Shown: positions 40,135-51,017 of the stretch, piece by piece | Layout of the letters: every line of letters starts with the position of its first letter | Position numbering within the stretch: the first letter of the stretch is position 1 | Source: Ignisphaera sp. | Lineage (GTDB): Archaea > Thermoproteota > Thermoprotei_A > Sulfolobales > Ignisphaeraceae | Assembly: GCA_038821645.1 (NCBI GenBank) | Contig: JAWBDT010000002.1 | Coordinates: 1-64,000, forward strand | Length of the DNA: 64,000 nt | Reading direction: 5' to 3' | Translations under genes and position numbers: made by a program | Notes under the pieces: generated by a model | Databases searched by the model: none | What the model saw: only the letters and a program-made list of their open reading frames with translations | Told to the model about the DNA's origin: nothing

Positions 40135-40451
40135 ACAGTAACACTGCAGCAAAATCAAGTATTCAGTTCATTATAATACTTGTTAGAGGATTATATGGAG
40201 TTTTATGCGGAATCATATTATCCATCTTAGCCGACACACGATTACTATTTCTTCCAGTGTTCTACAATATTTTTAAAGATTTAGCTCCGTACTTTACATG
40301 GATATATTTGTTTCTCCTATACATACCCAGTATCATTATTGTTAAATTGTTTGTAAGAGTTGACACAAAATTTGATCTGCTCTTGCGCGGAGGCTCTGTT
40401 TATTTTGCTACAACAATTTTAACATATGTTATCCTTAACTGTTGTGGTTAA
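40122..40451 (+). CDS. Small membrane protein
   Basis: Three hydrophobic helices; start uncertain. Confidence 0.55.
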   Translation: MLSPYSNTAAKSSIQFIIILVRGLYGVLCGIILSILADTRLLFLPVFYNIFKDLAPYFTWIYLFLLYIPSIIIVKLFVRVDTKFDLLLRGGSVYFATTILTYVILNCCG

Positions 40452-41060
40452 GATGCGACTCTCATGAACTATGAGGTGGTTTGTAACTATCTCAAGATAA
40501 TTATTGGGTAAAACTATGTTTCCATTGTCATCCAGAGGAAAAGCGTAAGGAAGATGTATATTCACCTCTACGTTATTTCCTAAAATCTTCTTTATGTCTA
40601 ATCCATAAATAAACTTTATATCATGTACTTTCTTTCCTAATTCAATCTGTTTTAAAACATATGCAGCTCCAAAGATGGTGTACTGAAGTTTTCCGAGATT
40701 ACGAGCTCTAGAACGAGGTAATTTACTAGTTATATAGAGCTTTGTTCTTCTTCTAGGTGGATGGTCACCCATTATACCTCCTAAAATAACGTATTTCGTG
40801 TTCATTAGTTCTTCTGGCTCTAGTTCTTTATTAGCTTCAGGATCCAGAACGATTACAGAGTCAAGATCTTTCAGCATATCTGTTGCAGATATACTGTATA
40901 CCTTAGCATAGCGCGACAATATTCTGTGATGTTCTTCGTTTTTCACATTTGTGAAAATGACTCTAGATCCATAGATTTTTGTTACAAATTCGTATTCTGT
41001 CAATAACCATTTGTTTAGACATGGTTCTAAATGTTCTATAACTATTAGGAAACTTAGCAT
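40419..41060 (-). CDS. SPOUT-class methyltransferase (SFM1-like)
   Basis: IEHLE....WL..EY, VLDP.A...L, GGIMGDHPPR.RT and RNLG..Q. Confidence 0.9.
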   Translation of the reverse strand: MLSFLIVIEHLEPCLNKWLLTEYEFVTKIYGSRVIFTNVKNEEHHRILSRYAKVYSISATDMLKDLDSVIVLDPEANKELEPEELMNTKYVILGGIMGDHPPRRRTKLYITSKLPRSRARNLGKLQYTIFGAAYVLKQIELGKKVHDIKFIYGLDIKKILGNNVEVNIHLPYAFPLDDNGNIVLPNNYLEIVTNHLIVHESRILTTTVKDNIC

Positions 41061-41185
41061 TATTGATACACCAACTTAGTATCATATCGTTTAAATTCTC
41101 ATTAATTTTGGTAAACGAGTAAGCTATTAAACCATCATTACTTATTTCCCACTAAACTTTTAATACCGCCAAAAATCGTAGTTCA

Positions 41186-41497
41186 TTGTTAGGGAGAGAA
41201 ATTTTGGCATCACAACCACAGACGAGACCGTCTATAACGCCTTTACGTGTGCTTAGAGGCTCTATGAATAGAACTGTAATGGTTAAAGTAAAAGAAGGTT
41301 CAGAGTTTGTGGGAAGGTTGGTACTAACGGATCCCACAATGAATGTAGTGCTAGAGGAGGCTACAGAATACAACGATGGGGGTAGAGAGGCTGTTGCAAA
41401 ATATGGAAGGATATTCATAAGAGGTAGTCAAATACTCTACATTTCGGTAGATTTTACAGAAGCTAAATTAAGACAAGCATTAGCTAAGGAGGTATAG
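41186..41497 (+). CDS. Sm-like archaeal protein (LSm/SmAP)
   Basis: Sm1 'V.VK.G.E..G.L...D..MNVVL..A.E' and Sm2 'IFIRGSQI'. Confidence 0.92.
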   Translation: MLGREILASQPQTRPSITPLRVLRGSMNRTVMVKVKEGSEFVGRLVLTDPTMNVVLEEATEYNDGGREAVAKYGRIFIRGSQILYISVDFTEAKLRQALAKEV

Positions 41498-41741
41498 GTT
41501 GATTCAAAAGCATAAAAATAAAAATCCATCAAGAAGATTCAGTAACTGTACAATAAATTTTGAATTCTCAATTGATAGGATAGAATGTAAAATATGCAAC
41601 CAATTTGATTCATGCTTAAACATATTTATGAAGGCATACAAACTAGCTAAAAAGATATAGCGATAGATCAAGATAAAATAAAAACGCAGTCAATATACAT
41701 AATCTCTATGAGTATCGATAACCCTAAATGAGGCCAGTAAC

Positions 41742-42956
41742 ATGAGGAATATATATGTATATGAATACCCATGGCAAGGAGTAGAAAATCTAACAATAGA
41801 AATGGTTGAACGAAAAGGACTTGGACATCCAGATTATATAGCCGATGGTATAGCAGAAGCTGTAAGTAGAGAGTTATGCAAATACTACATGAAGAATTAT
41901 GGAACCATTCTCCATCATAATATAGATAAAGTCCTCGTAATTGGGGGTCAATCAAATCCGCGATTTGGCGGTGGTGAGGTTCTACATCCAATACATATAA
42001 TTGTGTCAGGGAGAGCTACATCTTATGTAAAGAAAGCTTCGGATCTAGAGTTTATCCCAATAGGCACCATAGTGTTGAAGGCAGCTAATGAATGGATAAA
42101 ATCTAACTTTAGGTACCTTGACCCTAGAGAACACATAATTGTAGATTACAAAATAGGTCAAGGTAGCGTAGATCTTGTGAGTATATATGAGCTTGGTGTA
42201 TCTAAAGTTCCTTTGGCTAATGATACAAGTTTTGGTATAGGATATGCTCCCTTATCAACATTAGAAAAAGTAGTTCTAAGTGTTGAGCAATTGTTGAATA
42301 GTTCACGTGTTAAGAAATTAATGCCAGCTTTAGGCGAGGATGTTAAGGTCATGGGATTGAGAATAGGTAGAAAAATAAAGATAACAATAGCTGTAGCCAT
42401 GGTTTCTCAGTGGGTTAAAGACAAAGAAGAATATATGAGTATCAAGGAGGATGCAAAGAACTTAGTAATAGACGAAATTTCAAAAATAGCACAAAACTAT
42501 GAAGTTGATGTTCAGATTAACGTAGGTGATAAACCTGAGAAAAATGTGTTCTACTTAACTGTAACAGGTACTTCAGCTGAACACGGTGATGATGGGGCTA
42601 CTGGCCGGGGAAATAGGGTTAATGGTTTGATAACGCCTATGAGACCAATGAGTTTAGAGGCTACGGCAGGTAAAAATCCTGTAAGTCATGTAGGTAAGAT
42701 ATACAATGTTGTTGCGCGTAATATTGCTAATGAGATATATAGACAAATAAATGATGTAATGGAGGTATATGTGGGTATACTTAGTCAGATAGGTCAACCG
42801 ATAGATAATCCTCTAGCTGTAGACATAAAATTAGTGCCACAGAGAACATTAACGTTAGACATGATGAATGAAGCAAAAGCTATAGCTAACGAGGCTTTAG
42901 AGAATATACATAAAGTAACTATGGACATAGTTGAAGGTAAAGTGACATTATTTTAA
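41742..42956 (+). CDS. mat: Archaeal S-adenosylmethionine synthetase
   Basis: [30 protein letters not shown] and [10 protein letters not shown]. Confidence 0.96.
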   Translation: MRNIYVYEYPWQGVENLTIEMVERKGLGHPDYIADGIAEAVSRELCKYYMKNYGTILHHNIDKVLVIGGQSNPRFGGGEVLHPIHIIVSGRATSYVKKASDLEFIPIGTIVLKAANEWIKSNFRYLDPREHIIVDYKIGQGSVDLVSIYELGVSKVPLANDTSFGIGYAPLSTLEKVVLSVEQLLNSSRVKKLMPALGEDVKVMGLRIGRKIKITIAVAMVSQWVKDKEEYMSIKEDAKNLVIDEISKIAQNYEVDVQINVGDKPEKNVFYLTVTGTSAEHGDDGATGRGNRVNGLITPMRPMSLEATAGKNPVSHVGKIYNVVARNIANEIYRQINDVMEVYVGILSQIGQPIDNPLAVDIKLVPQRTLTLDMMNEAKAIANEALENIHKVTMDIVEGKVTLF

Positions 42957-42968
42957 CACAATCTATAT

Positions 42969-44975
42969 TTATACGGAATGTTCTGTAGTATTCTTAGAGT
43001 GTAAGTAATTTCTGTATTCCGATATTATTCTAATGATATCGTCTAGATCCAAGAATTTTTCTCTACGACTAGAATAAAGAGTACTTATAGCATCGAATAA
43101 TGTCTGTTCTAGATTGTCATTATCTACTAGAATGAAATCGTCGAATGTATAATCAACCTTGATATTACATTCTACAGGTATGCCGTTTCTAAGAAGTAGT
43201 TGTTTAACATCTTTTGAACATTTCTCGAATAGTATTAAGACTTTGTATTGTCTAAGTATATCTATAACATCAAGAGATATTGTGTCCTCACTCACGGCCA
43301 GTATCTTTGTTCTAGAAACTAATCCTCTTAAGCTGTGTAGATTAGATGAAGTTAGATTCTTGATCCTTGGAATACCTACATATCTTCCTGAAATAATTTT
43401 ACCTATTATTGAGACCAGATTCATCCTTTCATTAACTAATTTTTCATTTTCGTTTTTTAGTATGGTTATTGTATTGTGTAATTGTTTTATTTGATCTTTT
43501 AACATTACTATTATTCTGTCGCGATGAGTTTCAAGATCTAAGCCAATTGGTGTCTGAAACTTTTTTTCAAATTCTAGCTCTCTTACTTTGTTCTCTAATT
43601 CACGTAACTTAAGTTTTAAACTTTCATTTTCTCTTATGAGTTCAGATAATCTCATCTCGAGGTTCTTTATTCTTTCATCAGATTCTATCGTTTGTCTAGA
43701 ATAACCTTTAGATGAGCTACTAGTTGTTTCTAAGAGCTCCTCTAAATGTTTTTCTATGGCATATTCTATTACCTCATTAATGTTTTTGCCTTTTAGAATC
43801 ATTACTTTAAGTTCGTCTAGATCTACATCTATTTCAAGTTCTAGTAACTTCTTCTCAAGTTCTAGTAACTTCTTCTCATAGGATTTATAGGCCTTTATTG
43901 CGGCTGCAAGAGCATCTTTTTCATGTGAAGTTGATATGTTTAATTCAATATGTTTTTTCTTCTTGAGCCAGTCAATTAATTTATCTTTAATATCTGTTGA
44001 TAGAGATTCTGAAGGTACATATAACTGTACACCAAGTATCGCTGCTATCTTTTTTGCATTTTCTGGTGGAGGATTAGTATCGACAGCAACAAGTACTGGC
44101 AATCCATGATTATATATCTTGTTTATTATTTCGATTCTATCCAAGCTTTTTGACGATTCCAGCAACACTACATTTAGAGAAAGATCTATTAAAGCTAATC
44201 CTGTTTCTATCCCAGGATCGATTCCAATTATTAGAGGTCTTCGCTTTATATCATCATTTGGTATTGTTGTAATACTGGAGTATATAGGTCTTACTATGAT
44301 ACGTATATCTCTACCTTTGTATGGTTTAATAACCTTCCTCACGGTTTCGCTATCAGAATATACTGTAAAAACAGCACTATCAAGACCTCCAGTACCTTTT
44401 CGAATTATTAGGTCATAGTCTAGCTTCTCTCTTTCTAATAATGATTTAATCTCCTTAACAGCAGCTAATATAGCTGTTCTCATGCCTCGAGCAAATCTAT
44501 TAGAACTACTACCACCAGGTCCTATAGATTTTGCTCTAGAAATTATAATCTTTGTCTTACGTTCCACACCTTTTATCGGTGTACCTAAACCTTGAAGAGC
44601 TATTAATGCACATAAATATGCTGTTTGGAGAGGTGTAGGCTTAAATGATATAGGTATGCCTAACTTAGAAGCTTGGTTTAGTAGACTAGTAAAAACATTA
44701 TCATTTAAAGTAACTTGATATATCTCTGTATGACTTGGAAATAATGAAAGAATTCTAGCTATGTCTCGAGACGTGGGTGCAAGCTCATATATGTTGTCAA
44801 GACCTATTCTATCTATCGAATATTCCCAAGATAGCTTAATTATAGCACTTAGTGAAGTTTCAGGTGACTCATATATCACCTTTCCTTTATCATCTATAAT
44901 GACTACAGAATATCTAGGAGGTGATGTACGTGATAATGGACTTCCCTTGACTATGTCTAGTCCAAGTATCTTCAT
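42969..44975 (-). CDS. DUF460 family protein (RNase H-like domains plus coiled coil)
   Basis: ILGLDI, DN..EL, GGSS..RF.R, IGIDPG...G.A, H..DALAAA..AY and a long coiled coil. Confidence 0.9.
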   Translation of the reverse strand: MKILGLDIVKGSPLSRTSPPRYSVVIIDDKGKVIYESPETSLSAIIKLSWEYSIDRIGLDNIYELAPTSRDIARILSLFPSHTEIYQVTLNDNVFTSLLNQASKLGIPISFKPTPLQTAYLCALIALQGLGTPIKGVERKTKIIISRAKSIGPGGSSSNRFARGMRTAILAAVKEIKSLLEREKLDYDLIIRKGTGGLDSAVFTVYSDSETVRKVIKPYKGRDIRIIVRPIYSSITTIPNDDIKRRPLIIGIDPGIETGLALIDLSLNVVLLESSKSLDRIEIINKIYNHGLPVLVAVDTNPPPENAKKIAAILGVQLYVPSESLSTDIKDKLIDWLKKKKHIELNISTSHEKDALAAAIKAYKSYEKKLLELEKKLLELEIDVDLDELKVMILKGKNINEVIEYAIEKHLEELLETTSSSSKGYSRQTIESDERIKNLEMRLSELIRENESLKLKLRELENKVRELEFEKKFQTPIGLDLETHRDRIIVMLKDQIKQLHNTITILKNENEKLVNERMNLVSIIGKIISGRYVGIPRIKNLTSSNLHSLRGLVSRTKILAVSEDTISLDVIDILRQYKVLILFEKCSKDVKQLLLRNGIPVECNIKVDYTFDDFILVDNDNLEQTLFDAISTLYSSRREKFLDLDDIIRIISEYRNYLHSKNTTEHSV
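43834..43875. repeat. Exact 21-bp tandem duplication inside the DUF460 gene
   Basis: TCAAGTTCTAGTAACTTCTTC twice; encodes EKKLLEL twice. Confidence 0.85.
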
Positions 44976-45042
44976 ATATCTTATTCCTATGGGAAGCTAT
45001 AACCCATCAATAATCCACATAAATATGTAGTATATGTAACTT

Positions 45043-45945
45043 TCAAGACTTGTTATCTTCTAACACATATTTAAATGTTTCTTCTAAACTTACATCTAAA
45101 TGGAAACGCCTTCTAAAGAATCCAACTATATGTTTAATATCACGTTCTAGTAACTGTAAAGCCATAGGGTCTGTAACTAGGATGTACTGAGGCCAATCAA
45201 TTATATATATTTTCTCTACATCATCACTAGAATTAACTAGAATATTGTATTCGCTTAAATCGCCATGAACTATACCCACAGTCTTATAGATAGTTTTCAC
45301 AGTACTGATTATCTGATTGAATACGCTATATGGATCACTAAGCTCTTTGACTTCATAAAGCATTAGACCATCTATGAATTCTATGACAACAGTATGCAAT
45401 ATACCTCCATATATCTTTGGAACATTCTGCACCAAATGTTTATTAAGAAGGAATAGAGCCTCTCTTTCTCTTTTTCCAGCTACAATACTCTTATAGAGCC
45501 AGCTACCTTGCTCGATATTCTCATAGTATCCTCTGTACTTTGCAACATGTCTAAAACTTTGTCTTCCAATTCTATAAAACTTAATAGCAATAAGATTATC
45601 ATTGTTACCAAGTCCTCTATATATTTCACTTTCTTTACCTACACCTATTCTATCTCCTATAGCTTTGATTACACCTTTATAAACAAGGAGATTAAGAGCT
45701 AAACAATCAAGTCCTAGAAACGTTACTCTATACGATTCAATTGTTGGATGTTTAGCTATCAATTTCAGTCGTGTTAATTTTTTAATCCTAGCTACTATCT
45801 CTTTTTGAGTATATCTTTTTCTAAATTTTTTAACAATGATGTCTAGAGGTATGTATTCAAATTTGTTTAAGTTTCTGACCAAAAACTTTAATAAAATGAA
45901 GTCCTCTGGAACAAGTTTTCGGTAAATAATCCCTATTTTTACCAA
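45043..45945 (-). CDS. rio2: RIO2-type serine/threonine kinase
   Basis: N-terminal wHTH, IGVGKES, AIKF.R.G..SF, HGDLSEYNIL and IIDWPQ. Confidence 0.92.
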   Translation of the reverse strand: MVKIGIIYRKLVPEDFILLKFLVRNLNKFEYIPLDIIVKKFRKRYTQKEIVARIKKLTRLKLIAKHPTIESYRVTFLGLDCLALNLLVYKGVIKAIGDRIGVGKESEIYRGLGNNDNLIAIKFYRIGRQSFRHVAKYRGYYENIEQGSWLYKSIVAGKREREALFLLNKHLVQNVPKIYGGILHTVVIEFIDGLMLYEVKELSDPYSVFNQIISTVKTIYKTVGIVHGDLSEYNILVNSSDDVEKIYIIDWPQYILVTDPMALQLLERDIKHIVGFFRRRFHLDVSLEETFKYVLEDNKS

Positions 45946-46065
45946 TAGCTCACCCTACATTCATATAATTTAGTAGTGATATTGTCTATCTTCCTTTGAT
46001 GCATTACATTACCTTGTGAGACTGATTAGAATAATATATAGGATGTTATAAATACTGTTTAGATG

Positions 46066-46127
46066 TGTCAGCGGCGGCCGCGATTTTCTTCATTTATTGT
46101 TTATCAAGAGCGCGGGAGTCTTCATCC
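46066..46127 (-). ncRNA. C/D-box guide sRNA
   Basis: Minus strand: C ATGAAGA, guide CTCCCGCGCTC, D' TTGA, C' ATGAAGA, guide AAATCGCGGCCGCCG, D CTGA. TATA-like element about 27 nt upstream. Confidence 0.75.
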
Positions 46128-46315
46128 ATATAGATAATATACATCAAGATCGGTTTATATGTTTTAGTCAGTTACAACACTAAATAATATACGATTATTT
46201 TAGCTGAGGAGTGTTTCAAAAGTATTGGTAGTTTGTTGCATATGGTTCACTACATGGAAATTTATTGAATTTACTAAAGAGATAAGAGTTTTATGTACTA
46301 ATTATACATCATTTT

Positions 46316-47593
46316 CTATTGCATAGATTTTTGTAATTGATTAAGGATCTGCTTGGCATAATCGTACGAGATTCTACCTTCTCTAATCATCATTTCCGCA
46401 ACCACATCTATCAATTCACCCTTTGCACCAGCCATTATAGCAATGTTTCTAGCATGAAGTTTCATGTGTCCTGCTTGTATGCCAGTAGTAACAAGAGCTT
46501 TGAGTGCAGCAAAGTTCTGTGCTAACCCTACAGCAGCCATGACCTCGGCTAACTCTCTTGCTGTTGTAACCTTAAGTATCTTGAGGGCTATTTGTGCTAT
46601 AGGATGTGTTTTAACTGCACCTCCTATTGTACCTACTTGAAGAGGTAGTTCTAATGTTCCAACCAAGTACTCGCCTTCTAGATCCCAGTAACTGAGGGGT
46701 CTATATCTACCATTTCTTGCAGCATATGCATGAGCTCCAGCTTCTATTGCTCTATGATCCTGAGCTGTAGCTAAGGCTACAGCTATTATACCATTCATTA
46801 TTCCTTTGTTGTGTGTTACAGCACGATATACATCAACTTCAGCTATAGCGGAAGCATCAACTATCTTTTCAGCTATCTCTAGCCCTATATTTTGTATGGG
46901 TATCCGAACCCATGCACGCGCTAATCTATATATAGCATAGTTAGACACTATCTTCAGCCTAGCTTCACCACCAGTTATCCGTTCCAGAAATGATGCAACA
47001 GCTTCAGCCATGGTGTTAACAGTATTAGCGCCCATTGCATCCAAAACATCAACAATAAGATGAACGACTATAACAGGTCCCCGCCTCGTCTCAATTACAC
47101 GAACATCGATATCCTTAACACCACCACCAAGCTTTATTAGTGTATTATTGGTAGCATTAGCTACATCGATTAACGTATCTTTATACTTCAAGATCTCCAT
47201 AGCACTATATCGCGGCATTAATGATTTAACTATATGGATTTGTGCTATCATGTATTGTTTATCAGCATTAGCACATATGCCGTCACCTTCCCTCATGAAT
47301 CTAGCAGCATTACTTGCGGCAGCTACTACACTAGGTTCCTCGGTCACCATAGGCACTATGTAGTCTTTTCCATTTATTCTAAAGTTTACTGCTACAGCAA
47401 AGGGATACGAAATTGCTCCTACAACATTTTCTATCATAGAATTAGCTATTTTTGGATCCAAGTTTCCAAAGTTTCGTAATAATGCTACTTCTTCATCGCT
47501 AAGTCCTGCCCATTCTTTAATTATCTTCAATCTTTCATCGATTGATAAATTATAAAATCCTGGGATTCTTGAACTCATCACATTTGAACTCAA
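46316..47593 (-). CDS. mvaA: Class II HMG-CoA reductase
   Basis: IENVVG, TEEPSVVAAAS, DAMGAN.VN, RAVTHNKGIMNG and GIQAGHMKLH. Confidence 0.94.
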   Translation of the reverse strand: MSSNVMSSRIPGFYNLSIDERLKIIKEWAGLSDEEVALLRNFGNLDPKIANSMIENVVGAISYPFAVAVNFRINGKDYIVPMVTEEPSVVAAASNAARFMREGDGICANADKQYMIAQIHIVKSLMPRYSAMEILKYKDTLIDVANATNNTLIKLGGGVKDIDVRVIETRRGPVIVVHLIVDVLDAMGANTVNTMAEAVASFLERITGGEARLKIVSNYAIYRLARAWVRIPIQNIGLEIAEKIVDASAIAEVDVYRAVTHNKGIMNGIIAVALATAQDHRAIEAGAHAYAARNGRYRPLSYWDLEGEYLVGTLELPLQVGTIGGAVKTHPIAQIALKILKVTTARELAEVMAAVGLAQNFAALKALVTTGIQAGHMKLHARNIAIMAGAKGELIDVVAEMMIREGRISYDYAKQILNQLQKSMQ

Positions 47594-47642
47594 ATTATCA
47601 CCGCTTGTTTAAACAATGATCATGCTTACCTAGTTTAACTAG

Positions 47643-48299
47643 TTAGTGGAGTATATTAAGTTCTAATAATGCACTATATAATGCTTTTTCTGCTTCAATA
47701 TCCGAATTAGAGAATATTAAAATTATTGCATCCTCATTTTCAGCTTTGAGAATAGATCTTAATTTCTTTAGTGATATATATCCTTTTTCATTGAATTCTC
47801 TATATGGTGGGATATATGCTAGACCATTCTCTATGTATATTATTATGACAGCTTTAGCGCCGTATCTGATGATATGGTCTCTCACATTGGTAACATTAAA
47901 TTGCCTAAGTATTGCAGTACCTTTTTTTATTAAAAATGCATATGATTTTTCATATAGTAAAAATTCTTTGTCTAGTATATTACTTGCTTCAATGATATTA
48001 CTAATAGTATTTCGAATACTTTCTGCGATTCTGTATCCATATGATGTTAGGAAACATCCAGCTACAGGATCTACTTCAATTATATTCAATAATTTCAATC
48101 GTTTTATTAAGGTTCTAACAGGAGTTATTCCTATACCTAAGTTTTTAGATAATAACTGACGTCCCATGGGACCCCTTTCGTATAGAATTAAGAGTGTTTT
48201 TATAACATGATAATCATCAAAAGAGGGTTTCACTCCTTTTGTAGATGATAATGTTCTAGCTACTATGTCCTTTAGGGACAGAGCCAAGGGTTTCCCCAT
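47643..48299 (-). CDS. wHTH protein (DUF4443-like)
   Basis: 'P.F...H....L..L...PMGR..LS..LG.G...VRTL..RL' followed by 'RD..IR.GA'. Confidence 0.75.
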   Translation of the reverse strand: MGKPLALSLKDIVARTLSSTKGVKPSFDDYHVIKTLLILYERGPMGRQLLSKNLGIGITPVRTLIKRLKLLNIIEVDPVAGCFLTSYGYRIAESIRNTISNIIEASNILDKEFLLYEKSYAFLIKKGTAILRQFNVTNVRDHIIRYGAKAVIIIYIENGLAYIPPYREFNEKGYISLKKLRSILKAENEDAIILIFSNSDIEAEKALYSALLELNILH

Positions 48300-48440
48300 G
48301 CTCTATAGTGTCAATTCTCTTCTCACATATTTTACATAAGTTAGAGACACTAATATATTTTCCTCTGAAATTGAAATTAAATAGAGCTAACATAAAAATG
48401 TTCTAGATCTATATATAGGATAATCATTAAAATTACATTA

Positions 48441-48920
48441 TCAGTTCTTCGGTATAGAGTACGTGTAACGTAATGTGATTTTACGAAGTATCTCTATAGT
48501 ATTCTCGATAAATCTGTTAACACTCTCTTCACTTATTCCTTTTGATTTAAGGACGTCTAAAACAATTTTCTCTACAACATAATAATTTTTATAATATTCA
48601 TTTAGCTTTTTCCACTGAATACCTGACAAAGCATTAGCTAAGTTCTTATCATAGGGTATAAGACCCTTAATCATTAACAATGCTAGTATGGGGTAGCCAA
48701 TATATCTTCGTAGTTTAGTACCATTGTCATCACTATATGCTATACCTTTATCAATATCTACATAAACATTATACTTTTTGGATTCATCTGATGATATAAC
48801 TATAGCTTTTTTATCATTTATTAAATTAATTCTGTTATCACCAATACAACCTAATGCTTCTAAGATTTTGATACGTGGTGGTAATTTCAATGTAGAACTC
48901 AAGTCACTCCCTATAAACAC
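48441..48920 (-). CDS. Conserved hypothetical protein
   Basis: 'PPRIKILEALG.I.D.R', 'SDDNGT....YIGYP' and 'GIQWKKLN' conserved-looking blocks. Confidence 0.8.
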   Translation of the reverse strand: MFIGSDLSSTLKLPPRIKILEALGCIGDNRINLINDKKAIVISSDESKKYNVYVDIDKGIAYSDDNGTKLRRYIGYPILALLMIKGLIPYDKNLANALSGIQWKKLNEYYKNYYVVEKIVLDVLKSKGISEESVNRFIENTIEILRKITLRYTYSIPKN

Positions 48921-49044
48921 TTTGCTTTCTGAACTTAATAACTGTTGCAGTAATTAAGAAATAATGTAACAGAACCATTATTGATATAGCTAAACAGTCT
49001 GTGATAAGCTTATTAACAAAACGAGCTTTAAACTTACCAGCCTC

Positions 49045-49138
<94 letters not shown>

Positions 49139-49332
49139 CATGATTCAACTCTTACTCAATTTAGTATCACCTTGAACCAATGTTATCAATTCTAGAAATC
49201 AATTGTATTGAATTATATGTACAACATCATTACTAGAAACATGTTGTAGACAGAAATGGCATGAGTATAATATATGCTATATATGTATTATGAAATACCT
49301 AGACAACTATTAAGGTTGAAGAGTCTAATGTG

Positions 49333-49410
49333 TGGCGGGCCCGGGGGGATTCGAACCCCCGACCACCGGCTTAGGAGGCCGGCGCTCTGTCCTGGCTGAG
49401 CTACGGGCCC
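49333..49410 (-). tRNA. tRNA-Arg(CCT)
   Basis: Reverse complement is GGGCCCGTAGCTCAGCCAGGACAGAGCGCCGGCCT-CCT-AAGCCGG...GTTCGAATC...GCCA. Confidence 0.96.
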
Positions 49411-49466
49411 TTGTACCCAAATAATGGTTTGAGTACATGGTTATAAATCTTTGTGGTGGATTTATT

Positions 49467-50312
49467 TTATGATATCCTTAGGTATGTATTTTTCATTAGT
49501 AGTGCATCATCTTCTAGGTTTGGTGATTCACTTATGACTATACCTTTAACATTGAATTCTTTCAGTATTTTCATGAGATCTATGTAATTAAAGTCAGACT
49601 CATTTAAGTTTAGGTGTCGTATTTCACCTTTGTTCCCATATTCAATTCCACTTACATGTATATGCATATTATTTAGCGCTGTTCTTCCTAATCTATTTTC
49701 TATTGTTACTAATACTTCTCTAAATTCTTCATAGGTATTGTACTTTCCCATCGTTCTAGCATGAAGATGTGCAAAATCTATGCATGGTAGCACATAGTAG
49801 TCAAGTTCTTCACTCAACATTATGATTTCCTCTAGAGATCCAAATTCGCTTTTGCTACCCATTAGTTCAGGTCTTAGCCATATCTTGATGTCTGAATCTC
49901 TAAGTATATCTATAGCAACTTTTAGTGCATTTCTAATGTTACTATATACTGCTTCAGGAGATGAATTACTGTAGTAACCTGAATGAAATACAACGCTCCA
50001 GGCTCCAGCCTTGTATCCTATTTTAGCACTCTCTACTATTCTTTGAATACTTGCCTGAACTTTTGATGAATCTGAAGAATTTAGATTTATGTAATAGGGT
50101 GCATGAACCGTAAGAAGTACTCCAGATTCTTCAGCAACATTTTTCACTTCTTCAGCAAGTTCTAGAGACATCTTGATGCCACGTACAAATTCTATCTCCA
50201 TACCATCAAGTTCTAACTCAATTATCCTCTTAATACCATTAATTGTGTTTTTTCTAGGCGTGGAGTTTGGTATACCTGCTGTCCCAAAATGTAATTTACT
50301 AGGTTCAAACAT
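49467..50312 (-). CDS. nfo: Endonuclease IV family (AP endonuclease 2)
   Basis: FGTAG.P, EIEFV.G, HAPYYINL, FH.G.Y, PE.MG, DFAH.HAR, HIH.SG and ESP..E.DA. Confidence 0.9.
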   Translation of the reverse strand: MFEPSKLHFGTAGIPNSTPRKNTINGIKRIIELELDGMEIEFVRGIKMSLELAEEVKNVAEESGVLLTVHAPYYINLNSSDSSKVQASIQRIVESAKIGYKAGAWSVVFHSGYYSNSSPEAVYSNIRNALKVAIDILRDSDIKIWLRPELMGSKSEFGSLEEIIMLSEELDYYVLPCIDFAHLHARTMGKYNTYEEFREVLVTIENRLGRTALNNMHIHVSGIEYGNKGEIRHLNLNESDFNYIDLMKILKEFNVKGIVISESPNLEDDALLMKNTYLRIS

Positions 50313-50368
50313 AATGCATCACTATAGTTTTATAATTTTGAGAGGTGATAAATATGATGTGACTTCAA

Positions 50369-50956
50369 ATGAATGTAGATGAAGATGGAGTCTACATGTA
50401 TAATAAAAGCGTCTTAACATGGATTAAACTAAAGCTAGGAGAGCCGTATGTACCACGTGAAGATGGTCTGTATGTAGTGTACTTTAGAAACAGAAAATGT
50501 CCAGGTTGTAAGGCTTTTGATAGAATATGGATCGAGTATATTAAGAAACATAGAGAAGATAATAACATTAAAGGATTCGTAATAGTTCAGTGTACACATT
50601 TCTTCTATGAATGTTTTGATAATGATGCTGCTGATACATTCATACTATACCTGGTTTTAGAAACACCACAAGTTATGGTCATAGTATCTGAAAACAATAC
50701 CCCTGTATATATTGAGAGAGAAATTGGTGTAGATACTTTAGATAAGCTCGAGATATTTGTTAACGGTACTTTTGATAGAATGAAGAGATGCTTAGAAGAA
50801 AATCATGAAGAGGAAACAGATAACGGATCTCTATATATAGATTTTGATTTCAATAAATCAAAAGAAATTGTTTCGAAATTGAGAAAGTTTTTACTTGAGG
50901 GTAAAAATATTAGAGAGGTATGTGATGAAAAAGGCTGTAGAATTTTCATCGAATAG
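50369..50956 (+). CDS. Thioredoxin-fold protein
   Basis: YF...CPGCK.F, cis-Pro 'ETP' and a C-terminal CDEKGC. Confidence 0.8.
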   Translation: MNVDEDGVYMYNKSVLTWIKLKLGEPYVPREDGLYVVYFRNRKCPGCKAFDRIWIEYIKKHREDNNIKGFVIVQCTHFFYECFDNDAADTFILYLVLETPQVMVIVSENNTPVYIEREIGVDTLDKLEIFVNGTFDRMKRCLEENHEEETDNGSLYIDFDFNKSKEIVSKLRKFLLEGKNIREVCDEKGCRIFIE

Positions 50957-51017
50957 TTGTGTTTAATGATAACTTTAATATTTCTTCTATTTCTAGAAAT
51001 AATGTAGGTATAAACAT

